Assembly: GCA_040954595.2 (NCBI GenBank)
Contig: CM082583.2
Location: 10,305,656-10,369,655 of the forward strand
Length of the DNA stretch: 64,000 bases
Reading direction: 5' to 3'
From: Balanoglossus misakiensis
Lineage: Eukaryota > Animalia > Hemichordata
The position numbers and the translations under genes are program-made. Position 1 is the first letter of the stretch. Each line of letters starts with the position of its first letter. This document shows, in pieces, positions 26,579-40,826 of the stretch. Below the pieces are notes generated by a model. It saw only the letters and a list, made by a program, of their open reading frames with translations, was not told where the DNA came from and searched no databases.

Positions 26579-29063
26579 GAACTCCAGTCACAGACCTAAG
26601 CTTTAGGCGACTGTAGATGAAATTAAAAATTTATGAGTATCGCATGATTTTTTTCTTTTCAAATTCCGCATATCGCATATCACTTTGCCGATTTTCGTGG
26701 GGATTGAACAGTAAGCATATATCTAACAATTTGAATTTTCATTTTGTCATGTTCCCTTTATTTCAATGTGTATGTATTTGTGTATGTATCTATATGCTAT
26801 ACTGACTGTACTTGAAATTATATCAATCTGCTTATAATATAAACTCATCTGCATTGAACACAATGGAAAAATCATATTTTAGAGGTAGTCCTCATCAATT
26901 AATATTCATTTATCCATTCATTCATTAACTCATTTACTCACTCTCTCATTTATTTATTTTATTGAGGTTGGCGATTTGCACTGTACAATATCTGCCATCA
27001 TGATAATGTAAATAATAAAAAACATATAATATCCTAGTGCTTATGAATAAAAAATACCGGGCGAAAAATATGTACGTGTCGGATTCCAGTGGTCGTGAAA
27101 TGGAAACTGTGAACACAATGATCCAGAGGACAGTTATCAAACAATACGCATTCAAGAGAGCATAGTCAGGGAATCCAATTCTTGCGAGTCTGCCATTGAA
27201 AAGACTGAAAGAGCTGCCGATCGGTAAAAACTGCACTCTCAGATCTTGTTCCTCGTTTTGTAAGTGAGTATTAAACCCGGTGCGACCGATATGGCAGTGT
27301 GCACAAAATACGTCAACATGTTTCAGAGATTGCCCGGGGGATAACACCATTTCTTCAGATAATCCTCAACGAAATTCTGATATTCCTCGTGGTCGCTCCT
27401 TTGTTGCAAGGGGAGTCTGCTTTCAAGAGGCTCGCGAATGAGAAACTCTTTATTTTGACAGTGGCGTTCGAACGACGAGACTGCATGCAAGAAGAAATAT
27501 ATATTCACATAAATAATGGTAAACACGCGTACACCATTTTTTTTTATACAAAGATGCCCCACAACACTTGGACATCTGAGTAACACTTTCTCGTGATTAA
27601 GATACTATGTATACTAGCTATACACAATACTGATCACAACGAATTCGCTTTTCATTGCAAGATCTTCCACTTCCAGAGTGATGTCACAAGACTCCGTGTA
27701 AGACTTATTGTGAAAAGTAGGTCTGTGACACAACAATCTCCGCGCGTTCATATCGTATGTCACGTATCAAGTCTAATGCCGCAGTTGGTTTTCTCAATTT
27801 GCGATACATTATTTCCGCTTGGTAATGACGCACACCATGTCATAGGGAGATTGCGCAGTCGTTTTACGGGTTATAAAACGCGTAACAGGAAAAAAAACAG
27901 CCTCGCCAACGCAGCGCCTCTCCGTATGAGCAACTTGGTAACCTTGAAATCACGAACATATTCACAACCTTCAAAAGTGCATTTCAGATGTTCAATACGT
28001 GCTTTTATTGTTGTTGTTGAATTTTTTGTTATGCGCTGTTGATGTAGTTAGACTAGAGTGCAAATTTCCGGAAAAGAAGTTCGCCATGCGCCAACTTCAA
28101 CCAGAAATCAAGCTGTGTTTTTTCCAAATACCTTTTTCGAAGATCAATGACAAATGCATACACTCGCGCAAAATACCATGACACGTGGGCACTGATTGGT
28201 TGACTTAAAAGTTCTCAAGTTAGATTATTTCTATAATTTTATTGGTCACGTTCCAGGAACCCTGTCTAGTACCCTTTTTGCAATAATGACTCGATGACAA
28301 TTTTCCCTGTTACTCCGAATCGTATAAATTGTCACCCTTGGTAATCTCTGGTAAAGCTACCTTCCCTTTATCCGTCCTGGGGACAATCTGAGGACGGTCT
28401 GAAGTTTCCTTCCACATGTTGAGTTCACGTCTGTATTCCAATTCTGGAGAATCAACCTTCGATAACCAACACGTTTCTTTAATAAGAAACCCCACTATGT
28501 TTTGACACTTGTTTTGTCTTCCGAGAGAAACGACATTTATTAACAAAACAGTCTTATTCCTTGTGAAATAAGGAATCAAGACGTTTCAAGACCCCCTACC
28601 TTGTGGGAGATTAGCAATCCTCTAACAGACTGTTGTAAACCTTCAATCAACTCTACGACTATGATCACTCTGACATATGCGTGTGCGCCTTAGGTTCGTC
28701 ATCCATTGAAGATTTCATATCCACCATTCAATTTTCTGACGGATGATATGAGAGTAGAAACAGCCCCAGGGTGTCCAACTAACAAACAACTTCCGAAAGT
28801 TACTATGATTACTTTGAAGTCAGGATGAATAATTTGAGATTCAACCACTGATGTTTGCTGCCAAAAAAGACAGGGGTTGCCTTGAAGCTTTCAATTTTGA
28901 CTGGTTATTAAATGTACACAATAGAATATATAGATAAAGGGGGGATAACTCGCCTGACTATCATACACGCACTCACACTACATATATTAGACTTCAAGTG
29001 AACTGAAGACATATACATGTAACATGTTGATACAGCTCTGGCAATTTGATTCATTGGCAAACG

Positions 29064-32000
29064 ATGAACGCGTCCGATTCTAACACAAGCGACAGTTACG
29101 GCCTCTATGGTGAGACCACGCCCGGTGGTGATGCTAGCCAGCGTGAGTGGGACGATGCAACCTGGATCTTGACCAGCGCTTTTATCATCTTCACCATGCA
29201 GTCGGGTTTTGGGCTCCTCGAGTCCGGCTCGGTCTCCAAGAAAAACGAAGTCAACATCATGGTGAAAAACGCCGTCGACGTCATCTTCGGCGGCCTGTCG
29301 TTCTGGATTTTCGGCTACGGTTTCAGCTTCGGCGAGAGCCCCGGCTCCAACGCGTTCGTGGGCATCGGTAAGACGTTCGTCCACGAAGGCGACGGCGACA
29401 GCTTCGGCGAGGTGTACTCCAGCCTCTTCTTTCAAACTTCGTTCGCCACGACGTCGACAACGATCGTCAGCGGCGCCATGGCGGAGCGCACCAGGCTCGA
29501 GTCGTACATCGTCTTCTCCTTCTTGAACACGATCGTCTACTGTTTGCCGTCTCGCTGGGTCTGGGCAAGAACGGGCTGGCTGAAGTCCCTCGGAGTTGTG
29601 GACATCGCTGGGGCCAGCTGCGTCCATCTTGTAGGGGGCGTTAGCGGTCTCGTGGCTACGATCATTCTCAAGCCGAGGACGGGGCGATTTGACAAGGACG
29701 GCAAGGCAAGGCGAATGAATATGGGAGTGCCGACCAATGCCTTATTTGGCATGTTCATGTTGTGGTGAGTACTTTTTGAGAAATAAGCGACTATTAACGA
29801 TAGAAAGCGGGCTAATTGTAACAGTTGTCATCAGAATCCACTGAGAAGAGAGTCTTTTACATCTCAATTGCATAATATATTATTCAACAGGTGGGGATGG
29901 TTGGGCTTTAACTGTGGCAGTACTTACGGAATAACTGGTGGGAAATGGAAACTAGCGGCTAGGTAATTATAGTTATTGCTTGAATACTAAATCCAATCAA
30001 AGATTAATAAGCTTCCATTTCGCTTAAGAACACTTACAACTGAATTCTACATGTATAAAACTACATATAATTTGACACTTTGCAGCTTCTGATGAGCACA
30101 ACATGCTAAAGGTGTTTGTTTCCACGAATGTTGGCTTCATTTGCAGGTCAGCCGTGGTCACCATCACGTGTTCGATTGGAGGAGGAATCGCCGGCATTTC
30201 GTTGAGGTAAGTCGGTGTATCAGAAATTAACAATCGTACATCCTGCAACTTACAGCACATGTTTCCACGAGCTAGATATTAAACGTAAATCAATAAATTG
30301 TGCCAAAACGTTTTTTTTTTCAGTAAAGTACGTACATTCTTCAAGCCTTGTATCGATTTTTCACATCTATTTAAATGTTTGTGTAATTGTTCGATACTTT
30401 TTTTCTTGCAGCTATGTGTTGAAGAAAAGGAAGTTTGATATAGTATATCTGATCAACGGCATTCTGGGTTCTCTGGTTTCTGGAACAGGTATGATTTTTT
30501 CACCCCAAAAGTTAAAAAGAAACCAAGCAAGAAATCAACCGTGGAAAAAAAACGGTTTCAGTGATTCTCTTCACAAATCGCGTTTTTGTTGATAACAGAT
30601 TATGCGACTAATAGCACAAAATTAGACAGCGACTCAGGGAGGACACGATTTACTGGGGTCAGATCTTGGGATCTTTTCGCTACGGAAGCGCTATCACAGG
30701 AAATTTAAAGCAAGCCCGCGTTATCTCTATGATCGATACCTTCAAATGTATTTTTTTTGTTTATCTGACCAAGCTCTGTGCGCACTGGCTCACCCGTGGG
30801 AAGGATTGGTTATCGGGTTAGTTGGAGGAAGCGTGGCTTGTCTGGGCGGCGATGTGGTGACCAAATTAAAGATTGACGACCCAGTGGGCGTTGTCTCCGT
30901 TCACGCCTTGGCGGCCACCTGGGGACTCATATCTGTCGGCTTGTTTGTTCGCGAAGACGACATGGAGAAGATTTCTTCTCGAGACGGTAATATTTCAATT
31001 TGATTCGCTTTGTTTTGATTCGTGTTGTTTCGCGTGGAACCAGCACGCATGCAGCTGGGAAGGAAGCAGGTCTGAGCTTAGTATAAAAAACAGACAAAAA
31101 GGCTGAGAGTGGCGGTGTTATTGACAGAATAAAAAAAACAGACATGCAAAAAGAAGCAACCGTGCTCAAGGAAAATATGCATGGAAGAGGACAGATAAGA
31201 AAATCTCTTATAAAATAATGGAAAACTGCAGACTGTTGATAAAGTGCGGTATATCTTATCATCTCCTGTAAGGGTCTTGCAAGTTTTATGATAGGAACGA
31301 CGGAAAGAGGTTTGCTAACTTATCCATCACTCGCTATTCTTGAAGAACTGATATTTTATTCCGGTAGCTGCACAACTTTGATATACCTCTTCACAATAAC
31401 CTGACACTACCAAAACTATTCGGTATCGATAAACAAAATTTTACGCACACAAATTGATTTTTTTTTCGTTTCGTTTCACATAGGGTTATTTTACGGAGGC
31501 AGTGTTTACATGCTCGGGGTTCAAATTTTGGCCATTGTCACCATTACCGCGTGGACGATTCTAATATCAACCGCGTTGCTGAAGTTGGTGGATGTTACAG
31601 TTGGCCTCCGAGTGAGCATTCACGAAGAAATGCTGGGCGCGGACCTGGTGGAGCACGCGTTGAACGGCTCGTACGACAAGGTGACCAGAGAGTTGAGGAG
31701 CCACGGTGGCGAGTTGGTGGAAATCGTCAGGCGGGACGGAGACGAGGCTTACCAGGACGAACTGCGCCGCCTCTCCGAAGCCATGGCTCGGGGCATACCC
31801 AGAGAAATGCTGAGCTCCGTCAATTTGGGACGTTCCAATCTGGACGTGGCCGACGCTGACTCTCGCGGCGAGACGTCATTAGCGGCGAGAGTGAAACGGG
31901 GGCGTCTCAGCATCATGACAATCAGCAGCGCCAGACGTGTCTCGCCAATGGACGATGTCTCGCTGCTGTCCCCGGTGGATCTCGGCGGAGGAGGAGGCAT

Positions 32001-32166
32001 AATCTCTGACGTCAGGATAGGCAGCGGATTGAGACAGCCTCTCAAAGGGAGCCGGTTCTTCAACAACTACGTCATGAACGCCGAGGGGTTCCACGGGGAT
32101 ATGGACGTGTGCATCGACCAGATTCTGGATGAAACGAAAAGCATCAACGGAAACAGCAACGTGTAG
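29064..32166 (+). CDS. amt: Ammonium transporter (Amt family) paralog 3, 6 coding exons, 601 aa
   Basis: Exons 29064-29764, 29891-29962, 30147-30206, 30412-30488, 30774-30986 (AAG acceptor), 31484-32166; in frame (1806 nt). Amt motifs present, including both pore histidines (DIAGASCVH, VVSVH). Confidence 0.94.
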
Positions 32167-33360
32167 CTTATGGCAGGACTCTCCACAAGCAGCATATCAT
32201 CGACAACGTGACTGATTTGAAAGCCGTTTCTTACAGGCGCTGTAGCATTCGAAGCCCGATAGATACCTTTAATGACGACACAAGAGATTTGTTCAGAGAG
32301 TGATTAGACGTGCTGTACTATGTTGTGAAGGGTACCGAAAAAAAACAGGGTTCTATAAAATCAACAATTCTCGATGTAACCATGAGATGTATTTACAATT
32401 AATATCATCTATAGAAAATATACTTATTTTACAATAGTCCATCCAGCGTGTATCTACGTCGACGTCATGTTTCCGGTTGACTGTCCAAAAGGGTAAACTC
32501 AAAATGGAACAATCATACCAACGAAATGCCAGGATGTAACGTTCACACAGGGCATAAACGTTGCCAATTGAGGGGTTTAATTCTTGGTGATGGAATATGA
32601 CTTCTGTGGAGTCCCTTTTCATTACTGTGTTTCCCAGAGAGTACTGTGTACACTTTGAAATAAAAACGTCTTACTGTTTGAGCCCCAGGATAGATTTTGC
32701 CGTAGTGTTCCATTCAATAATTGTATGACCATATCTCGATGGGTGTCATCATCGGCGTACACTAATGAAGACGCGCAGAAAAATATTTACAAAGACCTAA
32801 AATGTCAGAAAGTGTACTACCCCCCCCCCCCCTCTCTCTCTCGTTCTGGCGAGTATTAGTATTTAGCTGAAATAATGCCACATATTCTGTACCATCATTA
32901 GCCCAGAAGATGGTGTGTCTGTCAGCTTGTTGTTTGATGTATCCCGAAAGAATGGCAGCCTTGCAATTGCACATTTTCTCATGATAGAAGTCTACAAAGA
33001 TCCGAAAAATTCCAGTCATCCTCGCCAGCCTCATCCGACACAAAAATGCAAAGGCGATTACAATCACAAGGTGGCGAGTACAACATGTGTGAAAGCACCT
33101 GGTGGAGCTGTGCATTGTTATTGGCCACTCTCGCTGATGAAAATCTCCCCAATCGCTTATTGGTTGAAAACAGTTTGTACCTCATGATTGGTTATGTTTA
33201 ACACCAGGTGTTGTTGTGAACCGGATAACACACTGGTGTCATGCAATCGTCGAGACATTGAAAACCACGCTTGTGGCCCTCGCGTTGTTCAGTAGGCCCG
33301 TTCAGTATCTGTACAGATGCACTCCGCGTACATGCATTCTATACACACTGAATCACAGTT

Positions 33361-36300
33361 TCACACCCATATGACGTTATCTTCGTTGTTTTCTTCAGAT
33401 GCACAGTCGATTCCAAGTGCTGAGAACTCCTGTCGTCTCAGCATTGTTTCGGCGTCTCTGGACGCTTCGACGAGAGAACGGATATCCAGCACGGGCGTTT
33501 CTATCCCAGCCGGGGCAGCCTCGAAAACACGCCGGGTATCCGATTTCCCCCCTCCGTCAGCAGTCACAGAGGTGTTGGTGTTAAACGCATTAAAACCTGA
33601 AAGACCCGTTTCATTCTTATGCGTCAAGATGGATAAATTGTTACCTAGCCCTACACGTTTTTCCAGAGAGTCGTCAAGGCGATTTTCACTTACTTCAAAT
33701 CCCAGATTCGTATTTCCGTCTCCGACGAAGCCCTCCGCTGACTTTCGCCTTGAAAATGTTTTGCACTCTTTCAGGTTAACGTCGCCTTCCGGAAAGGTTT
33801 TGATGGGAATGCGCTGACCAGTCGGAGTGATTAGAGTTTTGGTCTTTTTGGAGTATCGACCGTGTAGTCCGTGCTCCACAATGTCGGCGCCCAGAAGCTC
33901 CTCGTGAAGGGGCACGCGAAGGCCGATGGTGACGTCAATCAGTTTGAGAATGACGAACGATGATGTGGCGGTCCAGGCACAGATACATACCAGAGCCAGG
34001 GTCTGTACACCAAGTAAATACCAGCCTCCACCCAAAAATAACCCTATATTTGAAACAGGATATTTGAAATAGAAATTAGTACATGTATTTGCTCGTGTAA
34101 ATCACGTATTATACCTGCCTGTCTGTATGTATGTGTGTGTGAGTGTGTCTGTCTGTCTGATTGGCTGCCTGGTGGCTGGCCAGATGTCTTCCCGTTACGT
34201 AATCTATTCCACTGTTGTTCTACAGCTTTGTTCGTGAGGTGACAATGTTAGCGTGACTACTGCTTTACAAACTGAAATGGGGGACCTATCCTTGTAGTAT
34301 GTCGGACTGAACATTAACAGTGCTCAAATGATGACCATAATTAATTTTACAAAAGGGGTGGGAATAATTGTTCACGCTGCTAGCTGTCACAGGTAGAGGA
34401 GTAGAATTTGAACCGCACCTCTCGACACTGGCATAAAATGGTCCTCGCCGTTGCCATCGTTGACGAAGAGACCAACAGCCAGCATGCCCCATATGGCAGA
34501 TATGAAATGGACGGGAATCACGTCTACTGGGTCGTCAATCTTCAGTTTATGTACAAGACGTGAGCCCAGACAACCCAGCAGTCCCCCGATGACACCAATC
34601 ACCAATGCTTCCCACGAAGACGCCAGAGCACAAATACCTGAATTTGCAAACACAAACAAAAACTTAAATCGTTGCGCCGTGATAGTAACGCTGTTGGGGA
34701 ATAAAAGCATAAACTAAATAATTAAAATGCTTCTCTATAAAAAAAAACTCAGGGCGTTGTTGTTATATTCATTATTATAGTAAACTTATTATCAATATGA
34801 GCCACTTGTTCTGTCATTGACTGAAATATCTTGGTTCCAGGTATTTATTTCGTATCCATTTCATTTGCATTTAATTTGCATAATATACCTGTGACCGACA
34901 CCAGCGAGCTGAGGACTCCATTTATCAGGAAACCTATGTCGAGCACTCTGTCGTTCATGACGTAACTGGAATAAAACGAGAGAAACAGATTATCAGCGTT
35001 ACGCCCACCTTGCTAATAGGGAGAAGTCAACTTTGTTCTCTCTCAATATCCAGAATATCAAATTCGAGGCCACGTGAGGCAAGTCTATGAGCGATCAAAG
35101 AGCAAAACTATGGCAAGTCTGAAACGTTCGAGAAATGCAAAGTTCACACTAAATCCCTGTCTCACACTAAGAATAGTAACAGAATTGAATTTATCCTGAT
35201 CAGCCCGAAACCTCCATTAAGGTGGTTACGCTGCAGCTGCCAAATTCGCCCCGATCACGCAAAATAAGAAATCCACTTGATCTGTGCGATACACTTTCTC
35301 TAGGACATCACTAAATGGCCTCGATTCAGTAATAATGACAACGCGGTCAACAATGTTCACGAACCTCAGGAAAATGCCCACAACGCCGCCTCCAATGGAA
35401 GACATTATAGTCGTAACAGCTGATCTGTTGGCACAAATATACAGTAACCAGATTATCGCATACGTCACCAAAATAGAATTACCATTCAACTGTAAAACGT
35501 TAATTTTAATTTGCACATGTTTTCCTATGGATTCCAATGGAATTCAATTAACGGAAAGACGATCAAAATTAGCGTTCAATGCCTTGTAAATATCCGTTCA
35601 TTTCAGATATCTTTACTATTTCATACTAATTGCATACCTGGCAGCCAAGATCCATTTTCCTCCGGTTATTCCATAGGTACTTCCACAGTTGAATCCAAGC
35701 CAACCCCACCTGGAAAACAGTTATTATTACATTTCAATTTCGTTGAACGCGCTTTTTGAATGGAGTTTCCCTTCCGGCATCCTATCATGCATTAGTCTGC
35801 TGTATGTCATTGTATTGCGGATCGAATTTGAATGTACACCCAAATACTTTTTATGAAATGCCAAAAACTGCGTCTGGTAAATGACAGGTGGCCTAAAACG
35901 CTTCATTCAGCACGTTTTCAGTTTTCATTCTCTATATTGCCAGTAGTATGACTCACCAAAGCATGAACATCCCAAGCATCGCGTTGGTCGATGAACCTAA
36001 CGTGTGTTGCACTCCACCTTTTTGGAATCGACCGTGTCTTGGTTTCAGCATGATGGTTGCCACCAAACCGGTTGTGCCACCGACCAGGTGTACCACCCCG
36101 ACTCCAGCTATGTCGAAGACTCCGAGTTTGTACAGCCATCCGTCGGAATCCCAAACCCAGTGACTTGGGAAGCAGTAGGTGAAGGTGTTCAGGAACGAGA
36201 ACGCCATGTAAGCCTCGAGTTTCGTGCGCTCGGCCATGGCGCCGCTCACGATCGTCGTGGCCGTGGTGGCGAACGAAGCGTGGAAGAAGAATTTCGAGTA

Positions 36301-36651
36301 AACCGAGCCGACCACCTCCTTCTGGGAGAGGTCGACGAAGAACGACCCGTAGCCGCAAAAGAAGTTCTCGTAGCCACCTTTGCCGAAGCTGAGGCCGTAC
36401 CCTACAGCCCAGTACGACAGTCCGCCAAAGATCACATCCACCGCGTTCTTCACCATGATGTTCGCCTCGTTCTTCCTAGACACGGAGCCCGACTCCAAAA
36501 GACCAAAGCCCGACTGCATGGTGAATATCAGAAAGGTGCAACTCAGCACCCAGGTGGCGTCGTCCCACAGCAGGCTCATGTTCCCTGCTCCGGATGGCGG
36601 TGTTGTAGATGGAAGAGAAGAAGCCCAGGTGGCATTTGTTGGAGCTTCCAT
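33361..36651 (-). CDS. amt: Ammonium transporter (Amt family) paralog 4, 6 coding exons, 601 aa
   Basis: Minus-strand exons 36651-35957, 35709-35638, 35424-35365, 34965-34889, 34637-34419, 34043-33361; GT-AG, in frame (1806 nt). Motifs [41 protein letters not shown]. Confidence 0.94.
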
Positions 36652-38157
36652 ACCCTGAATTTTACTGTCTTCCGATGACGTCGAAATGTCACTGTCATAT
36701 CCAGTTTACACTTCATCAGGTTTATCCCATTAGTAATTATACATGCCATCAATTATGTGCGTCTTTGTTGCGTAATGAACGACAAGAATATACTCTCCAG
36801 ATGTTTGTGCTGGTAGCATTGTATCAGACATCCACCTAATAAATATGTATTTTTTAAACAGTTTTATAACTCTGCTTTCCACCGGCATATTCCTTTAGTA
36901 TTTTCGATTCTTGCAAATTTGGTGTCCTTAATGAAACTGGTATATATCACTAGCGATGTCCCTGTTGGTGACATCATAGTTTTTTGAAATGCTGATAAAT
37001 TTATTCAGCACATTTCACAGCACTATTGAGTGAACCCAAGCTGTGAACACAGGTAGATGTGTCAAACGCAAGTTCACAGATAACCCTGTCAATTTTAGTT
37101 ACGCACGTGGGTAATTAAATATCCGAGGTGTGAACTTGCCCGCATAGTGCGTTGAAGTTTTCGCACTCTCATAGTGTTAAAATTTCCACTTTCCCTGAAA
37201 AACATGACGTCACTTTCTGTGGATAAGAACTTCAACGTACTATATGCGGGCAAGTTCACGACAGAAATATGGTTTCAGAGCTCGGCTGTTTTCGTCGCGT
37301 TCGTCAAGAGGGGTACACACATTCGTCATGACCTCGAAACCGACATCCACGTCTGACTGGTTCAGTGGTCATACAGCGGGTCCAATTGGTAATATGTGTG
37401 TCACGTTTCAGTGAGCACGGCAAAACGGGGCATGTGAGACATGTAAATACGGACCCCGAACAATATAGACGCAGTCAGCCACCTTGCGAAAAATGACCCC
37501 GAAACCTTGCACCAAAGCCGATATACATCTTTTAAACCAGTGTGACTTCTGGGCATTCTCTCATTCGCAGTCGTTTGCTTGGTACACACGGCATTTCGTT
37601 GCTTACAGCCATTCGTCCGAGGAATGGACCCGATATCAGAAAAACACAGCTCTTGAATAGTTTGGATTGGAGTCTGTAAATAGAGACGTGTTGGCACAGC
37701 TAAGTCTGACTGTAAAAGTGACCCTTGACTGCGGGACAAACAAACATTGTGAGCTGAACGATAAATAGAAAAGCGATATACTGATATCACACCTCCACCA
37801 ACTTTTAATGAAGTAAATGTTCGATCGATTGACCTTTGAAAGGAACCCCGTGTCTCTGTTGTGGAGCGCGTCCAGGCGTTGGCTTGACAACAAGCATATG
37901 TAACGTGCGCGCATGCCTTATTCCTTCACGTCGAGTTGTCGCCGTGTTTCTTAAGTTACCTTTCGGATTGTTGTTGAAAACAGAAAGTCAGGTGGGCGGA
38001 AAAAGAGTGGTAACTAAACCGACATGGGAAGTTGGTTGGATGTCTGCGGTGAGTCGAATATGTCGTGCGTATTTGCGTCCATAAACGTCGATTACTAACG
38101 GATGGCCGGGGATTGTGCGCAATACTTTGGCTGTGCGATAAAGGCTGTAACGGGATA

Positions 38158-38733
38158 ATGGCTAAGGTCCAGACCTCTCTAACCGACCGGAGTATGACGC
38201 GAGCGGAGAAGACAGCGAAGGATATGAACGAACATTTGGACAAAGATTTGGAGAGGCAGAAGACGCTTCTGGACAAGCAGTGCTTCACCCAAGTTTCCCA
38301 GATTGACACAAACCGCAAAAAATTCAACTCACGTTCACGCTACTTCCCGACCCTGTTCAAGGAGATACCAAGCGTTCCTCGGCAGCCCACCGCCCCGGTC
38401 AAACAAGTCTACCTGACAGCAGGGCAGGGGGGAGACAAACTTCCAGCCATCAACGGATTTACGGCGAAAAGTGACGTGGCGACCGGCGGGCAGCACCAAC
38501 AGGACCGACAGGGCTCCACTTTGCATTTTATAGACACGTACACCTGGGGGGACTTCCAGGCTGTGCCCAAATCGCTCCCCTCCTACGGCGAGAGGAGGCG
38601 ACACAAACGGGCAAGGAAGGACCGACTGCCCAAAATCAATCACGGCAAATACACCGGACAGGACGGACAGATAGCCAACAAACTGCAGTGTTTTCTAGCC
38701 ATACTGCCCGTGCCGAGAGAGGCAAAGATCTAA
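38158..38733 (+). CDS. Uncharacterised single-exon protein, 191 aa, with a predicted N-terminal coiled-coil
   Basis: ATG in good context (ATAATGG). The ORF is GC-rich with C/G-ending codons, like the Amt exons and unlike the AT-rich flanks. It overlaps no other CDS. Helical N-terminus (RAEKTAKDMNEHLDKDLERQKTLLDKQ). No family recognised with certainty. Confidence 0.6.
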   Translation: MAKVQTSLTDRSMTRAEKTAKDMNEHLDKDLERQKTLLDKQCFTQVSQIDTNRKKFNSRSRYFPTLFKEIPSVPRQPTAPVKQVYLTAGQGGDKLPAINGFTAKSDVATGGQHQQDRQGSTLHFIDTYTWGDFQAVPKSLPSYGERRRHKRARKDRLPKINHGKYTGQDGQIANKLQCFLAILPVPREAKI

Positions 38734-40826
38734 GTAACCAGGTTTCGTGCGCACCTGTCTGGAATGCTCGCCCTGTTTATCGATGTCAACACTGGGAGTC
38801 TCTGCAAAACGACAAACACCATTGTTTTCGCATTTCGTCGACTCAAGTGGGCTGCCAGTAAAATGTGATGGACTGATGTGTGATTCGTGAAACCGCCAAT
38901 GACAGTTCGAGCTCGCCGACTACAAAGTTATTTCAGTTCAGTTATTATTTTGATATTATTAAGCTATATCTGCCTGACTTGGTCGTCACCGAAAAGACTG
39001 GCATAGGAGCCAAACCTTAGACTCGAACAATTGCGTCGGGTAAATGAACAAAGAAATAAACTCAAGTGTTTATCACAACTAGTCCCATTACAGGGCTCTG
39101 TAAGCGACTTGTGTGGAAGACCAAAGGTCAACGGAAATGTATACCTGCGTTGTATGTTTTATTCATTCACTCACTCAATGGAACATGCATTGCAAATCTG
39201 AAATCTCTGCAATTATTTTTTTTGCTATACTTAAGAATTAAAGAGTTCAATTGAGCTTGATTATTTGGGTTAAGGCGTACTTACGGGTCAAAAAAACTAA
39301 ACAAAAACTCGTAGCGAATCCCATAGCTACCTATTCAAGTTTAGAAAGCAATTTATTATAGTTCTGTATTGTCAAGAAGCACTCATGGAATTGTAGGTCA
39401 GAACACCGTATACGGAAGATGTCATCTCTCAAGGAGAACTAGAATCATGATGGAGTCGGAGATGGGCACCAGAGGGTGATTAATCGTCAACTGTACGTAC
39501 ATGTATTTCTGAAATTCAATCTAGGATGATCGCGTGCGCGCGCATGCACGTGTCAGCCCCCTATATGTCGCAGTATGCAATATCCAGGGTCATGGGTATA
39601 TTTGTCAAAACTTAGGTAAAATTGCAACAACACCAGTAAACCAGAAAATGGCAGTTAAATACACGATTATTGACACAGTGAGATTATGGTCATTTATTAT
39701 TTTTTTGATTATCGTAGCATATTCTTTGCTATCAAATGACGTCAGACGCGCTCAGGCGGCAGTTACGTTCGCATTCAAATTTCCAGATGACGGGCAACTT
39801 CAACAACGTGGACTTACGTGGTGCAGACAAAGACTGTGCAGACGAAATGCAATGAGGCTGATGAGGCAACATACCCGATACATGTTATGTGTTTGGCGGT
39901 TCTAAAGTAAAAACATACTCGGAAAAACTTTTACTGGATGCCGAAATATTGCTTGCCCGTCATCTGGAAATGACTGCGCCATGGGACACATTGCCAGATC
40001 ACGTGATTGATAGTAAAGAATTATTATTGCCTTGGTTACGACAGTATGAAGTGATTGTTTTAACGTAATATTTATTGAAATAAATGTCTTTATTGCATGA
40101 AATAAACATACCATTTTCAAAAAATTGAAAACGCATAATGTTATTGAATAGATAGGTGGCTTGAGGAATCTCAAGTTATATCCCTATGGCGGAGGAAAAT
40201 ACTGTGGTATACTAAAGAAGTCGATAATATGCGTTTCCTCTTACCTTGAAAGATTTGTTAAACGTGTAAACACATACTCTTTGTAATGTCAACTTTTTAT
40301 GCCTGGGGTAACCTAGGTTTATGCGAATACTCTGATAGATATTAATATAATAATAATAAAAGAACATTGCAACAATTACTATCTTATTCGATGAGAGCTG
40401 ATCTAATAAGGTTAAAATAATTGCTAGATTTAATCACCAACTGGTCACGGTGATAAGCGCTCGGCATTGGAGGGCATCATGCCGAACATGGATGTCTCAA
40501 GCAATAATGGACTCTGTAACCGTGCGGCACGGATGTATGAAGTTAGATATCATCATGGTAGGTATATTATCACGTGGTGATATTAGTTTGACCATGTGTT
40601 CTTCAAGTCAATAGCCCGCGGTATTTAAAAAAATGAGACGAAACGGGACGGGAAAAGATCGGTGCTCCTGTTGGGTTATGATAGTTTGTAGAAAATGTCA
40701 CGCGTAGTTATATCGCGGTCGTTGTCCCACATTTTATTACTCTTGAAAAACATGCAAATACAAGGAATATTCCAATATCCAATTGCCTGAGATTCAGTTT
40801 ATGTTTCCTGTCTCGAAATTATAGTG

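Noticed and set aside
28908-36678. Long antisense or alternative-frame ORFs over Amt exons (for example 28908-29627 minus, 36004-36678 plus)
   Set aside because: Shadows of GC-rich, codon-biased Amt exons, with no independent motifs.
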